NCBI RefSeq assembly: GCF_038025025.1
Contig: NW_027117339.1
Coordinates: forward strand, 1,674,001 to 1,738,000
Source of the DNA: Phyllosticta citribraziliensis
Lineage: Eukaryota
DNA: 64,000 bases
Direction: 5' to 3'
Numbering within the stretch: the stretch's first letter is position 1; the number at the start of each line of letters is the position of its first letter. The notes below the pieces were generated by a model. The model was given only the letters and a program-made list of their open reading frames with translations, did not search any database and had not been told where the DNA came from. Position numbers and translations under genes: made by a program. Below are positions 61,151 to 64,000 of the stretch, in pieces.

Positions 61151-63292
61151 TCATGCGGGAGCTATCTCAATCTTCTTGCCCTTGACGCTCTTCCACTCGA
61201 CGAAACAGGCACCGACCAGGCTCAAGACGCCCATGGCGACGCTGACGTAAAACGTCTGCGTCAGCGCGTCATTGTACGACTTGAGGACGGGCTGCAACAG
61301 ATCGGGGAAGCGGGCCTTGATGACATTCTGGATGTCGGTCGCGCCGGTGCCGAGCACCATGCCCTGGAGCAGCTGGTCGCTGTTGGGCACGTTGGCCTTG
61401 ACGTTGTTGAGCAGCTGGTTCTGGAAGACGTTTTGGCCGACGCTGATGAAGAGGGCGCCGCCGAGCGTCTGCGAAAACATCATGGTGGCCGTGCCGATGG
61501 GCACGTCGGCCACGGGCAGCACCGTCTGCACCGCGATGAGCGTCTGCTGCATTCCCAGCCCGACGCCCGCTCCGAACAGGATTTGGTACCCGATCCATTT
61601 GGCGGAGCTTGTGTCAACGTCGAACGTGGTCAGGAGGCCCGCGCCGATGGCCATGAGGACCGACGATGCGATCATAAAGGGCACGTAGTAGCCGATTATG
61701 GTGATGGAGATGCCGGCGACCATGGATAAGACGACGAGACTTAGGATCATGGGCAGGTTCATGATGCCCGATTTGACGGCACTAACGCCCTTGATCGCTT
61801 GGAACCAGATTGGCAGCTAGCAGTCTTGTCAGTAGACGTTAGTGAAACAGGCGACAGGCTCGACTCACATAATATGTCATAATAAAAAACCCTGCGCCAA
61901 GCATGGCACCAAAGTAGGCGCACGACCACACGGTCCGGTTCTTGAAGACGCGCGGGGGCACTGTCGCCTTCTCTTGCTTCTGGATCTGGATCGCAATGAA
62001 GACGCCAATGAGCACGGCGAAAAAGACGAAGCAGACAATGACGCGCCAGTTGCTCCACTCGTACTTGGAGCCTCCCCACTGCAGCGCCAGCAGCAGGCAG
62101 ACGATTCCGGGCAGGAAGAAAAAGGTGCCCGTCAGATCGAATTCGTTGAGCTTATTCCTCCAGCCGACGGCCGAGTTCTTGACGACCGAGGGAGACTTGA
62201 AGAAGAAGATGATAAAGGCAGCGGCGACGGCGCCGAAGGGTAGGTTGATGTAGAAACACCACCGCCATGACACCTTGTCGGTAAATGCTCCGCCCATCAA
62301 GGGCCCTGCGACACTTGCGATTCCGTAGATGCCGCCAACTGCGTCCAAGTTAGGGAGTGCCAAACCTGCTGAAGAAATTGGGAACTCACCTATGCCCGTG
62401 TACGTCGGCCGCTGGCGCAAGGGCACAGTCTTGCTCACAATCAAAATGGCACCGGAAAAGACGCCAGCGGCGCCCAAGCCCGCAACTGCTCTACCGACTA
62501 TGAGGGCGTTTGAGGTGGGGGCGATGCCGCAGATGAAGGACCCTAGCTCGAAGACTCCGAGCGCGAGGAGGTATATCCACTTGATGGAAAAAAAGGTGTA
62601 GAGCTTGCCAAAGATAAGCTGGAACGCGCAAGTCGTCAAGAGGTAGGCCGAGCCGTACCATCCCACATCGCCCAGGGCCTTGAAGTGATCTGTGATCCTC
62701 GGTATAGCAGTCGCGATGATGGTGTTGTCCTGGAGCAGGGATTAGAGTGACCATATGACTCGAGGATAAATGGTCGGCTTACCAGCGCCATGCAAAAGAC
62801 GGTTAAACACAAGGCGATAGTGATGAGACCAAGTTTGAATGCGCCTGGATACTCGACACCGTCTTCGTTTTGTTCCATCTGGGCGTCATCTTCGCTTGAA
62901 GTCCGCTCTATGTTGGCAGCGGCCAGGGGGCCTCCAGCACCAATGGCAGCGTCTCTGAGAGAGCGCAACGACTTTTGCGATTTTGCGTGCTTGAGCGACT
63001 TTTGTGACGGGCGAGATTTGAGAGACCTGTGGGATTGCGCATCTGGGTCGGCAGCGCGGTCTTGGGTGGCGCCGTCGCTTGCCTCTTTTTTCTCGTTTAG
63101 GAAATTGTACTTTTTGGTCTTTTCAGGGTCCGAAGGGGCGCTGGCAGAGCGTGTCGAAGGGGGTCTGCCGTCTTGGGTTGAGACTTCGGCCGTGTTGACA
63201 GAAGCAGCTGGCTTTTTTTCGTGCGTGACGTCTTGGTCGTCAAAGGCGTCGACCGAAGGATCGGTGTGGGAAGTTGAGGGAGGGTCAGCCAT
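61151..63292 (-). CDS. MFS 14-TMS drug/toxin efflux transporter (DHA2, AflT/ToxA-like)
   Basis: Exons 63292-62783, 62729-62390, 62338-61869 and 61816-61151. [60 protein letters not shown] and LQWGG. Confidence 0.95.
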
Positions 63293-64000
63293 GGGTGGCA
63301 GGATAGAGGTAAGGGCAGGGCGGCAGTCGGAAAAGGTTAAGAGGCAAGGCACGGAGGGAGAAGGAGTAACGGCGGAGCAACAGCCTGGGCAGACGGTATA
63401 TGAAGAGAGCAAAGGCGAGGGGAGAATGGTGGACGGAAACAGTTGGATCCGAGAGCGGCAGGGGCCTTCCGTTGTGTTAGAGGGTCCGGTCCAGCCCAGG
63501 CAGGCCACTGCTACTCTAATGTGATGGCGGCGGTGGTGACTGGAGTAGACATGGCGAGGGTTTCCGACCTATCAGCTGTCTCAGCCAAGGGCAGCCTGCC
63601 AGTTGTGGTCAGATCAAGCACTACTCTACTGTTGAAGCCCGTCGGGTCAGCGAATGTTGCCTGCACTGCGAGTGAAGATTCACGTCTCTGTCGCCGCCTG
63701 CGCAAAATGTGCCTACATTGGTCTAGTTGATACGCGCGACATGCACCGTACAGGACGTCGTCTGATTGGCCAAAGTCAACCATTACTCGTTGCGGCTAGC
63801 CCATTTTCTTGCACCCGGATGTGTGATGTGATGGCCTTGCTGCCTGTTCGGTTGCTGTCGTTGTCGTCTTCGTTCTCGTCGTTGTCAAGACACCGGACGA
63901 GAATTCATCTGGCGAAACAAGCCAAGAGGCTTCGTACACATCACCGTGCCATCAACACGCGCAATGCCGTCACCCGTTCAGCCCTGCGCATTGCCGCTGC

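Noticed and set aside
9775..63292. Cryptic peroxisomal PTS1 via stop readthrough (checked PMM, PYC, PUP3, M16)
   Set aside because: No TGA-CTA context and no SKL-like ending after those stops.
1..64000. Transposons, RIP-degraded AT-rich blocks, tRNA/rRNA genes, CRISPR arrays
   Set aside because: None recognisable by eye. tRNAscan-SE, Infernal and RepeatMasker would be needed to exclude small elements.

Overview
Gene-dense, intron-containing genomic DNA from a filamentous ascomycete. The short GT-AG introns with CTRAY branch sites and the gene content indicate Pezizomycotina; Dothideomycete is only a guess. I reconstructed about 22 genes by hand, mostly housekeeping: a CAP/PR-1-like protein, DPH4, ZW10/Dsl1, an M16 zinc peptidase, phosphomannomutase, pyruvate carboxylase, clathrin heavy chain, eIF3j, FCF1, a CSI2-like membrane protein, proteasome beta-3, mitoribosomal mL59, PRP28, eIF3m, a BAR-PH-ArfGAP, a class-3 lipase and an AflT-type MFS efflux pump, plus several hypothetical proteins. 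I could not support any tRNA, rRNA, transposon or CRISPR feature, and I found no clearly novel multi-gene system. The best leads are single-locus oddities: an atypical CAP protein, an orphan Zn2Cys6-variant protein, a CxxC..CxxC N-terminal exon missed by the ORF track, an ER-retention-like tail on the lipase, a membrane protein with possible bacterial VC0807-like similarity, two 5'UTR introns that contain uATGs, a 1-kb ATG-free leader, and several micro-exon or unusual splice-site features. All family assignments come from motif recognition, not from database searches.
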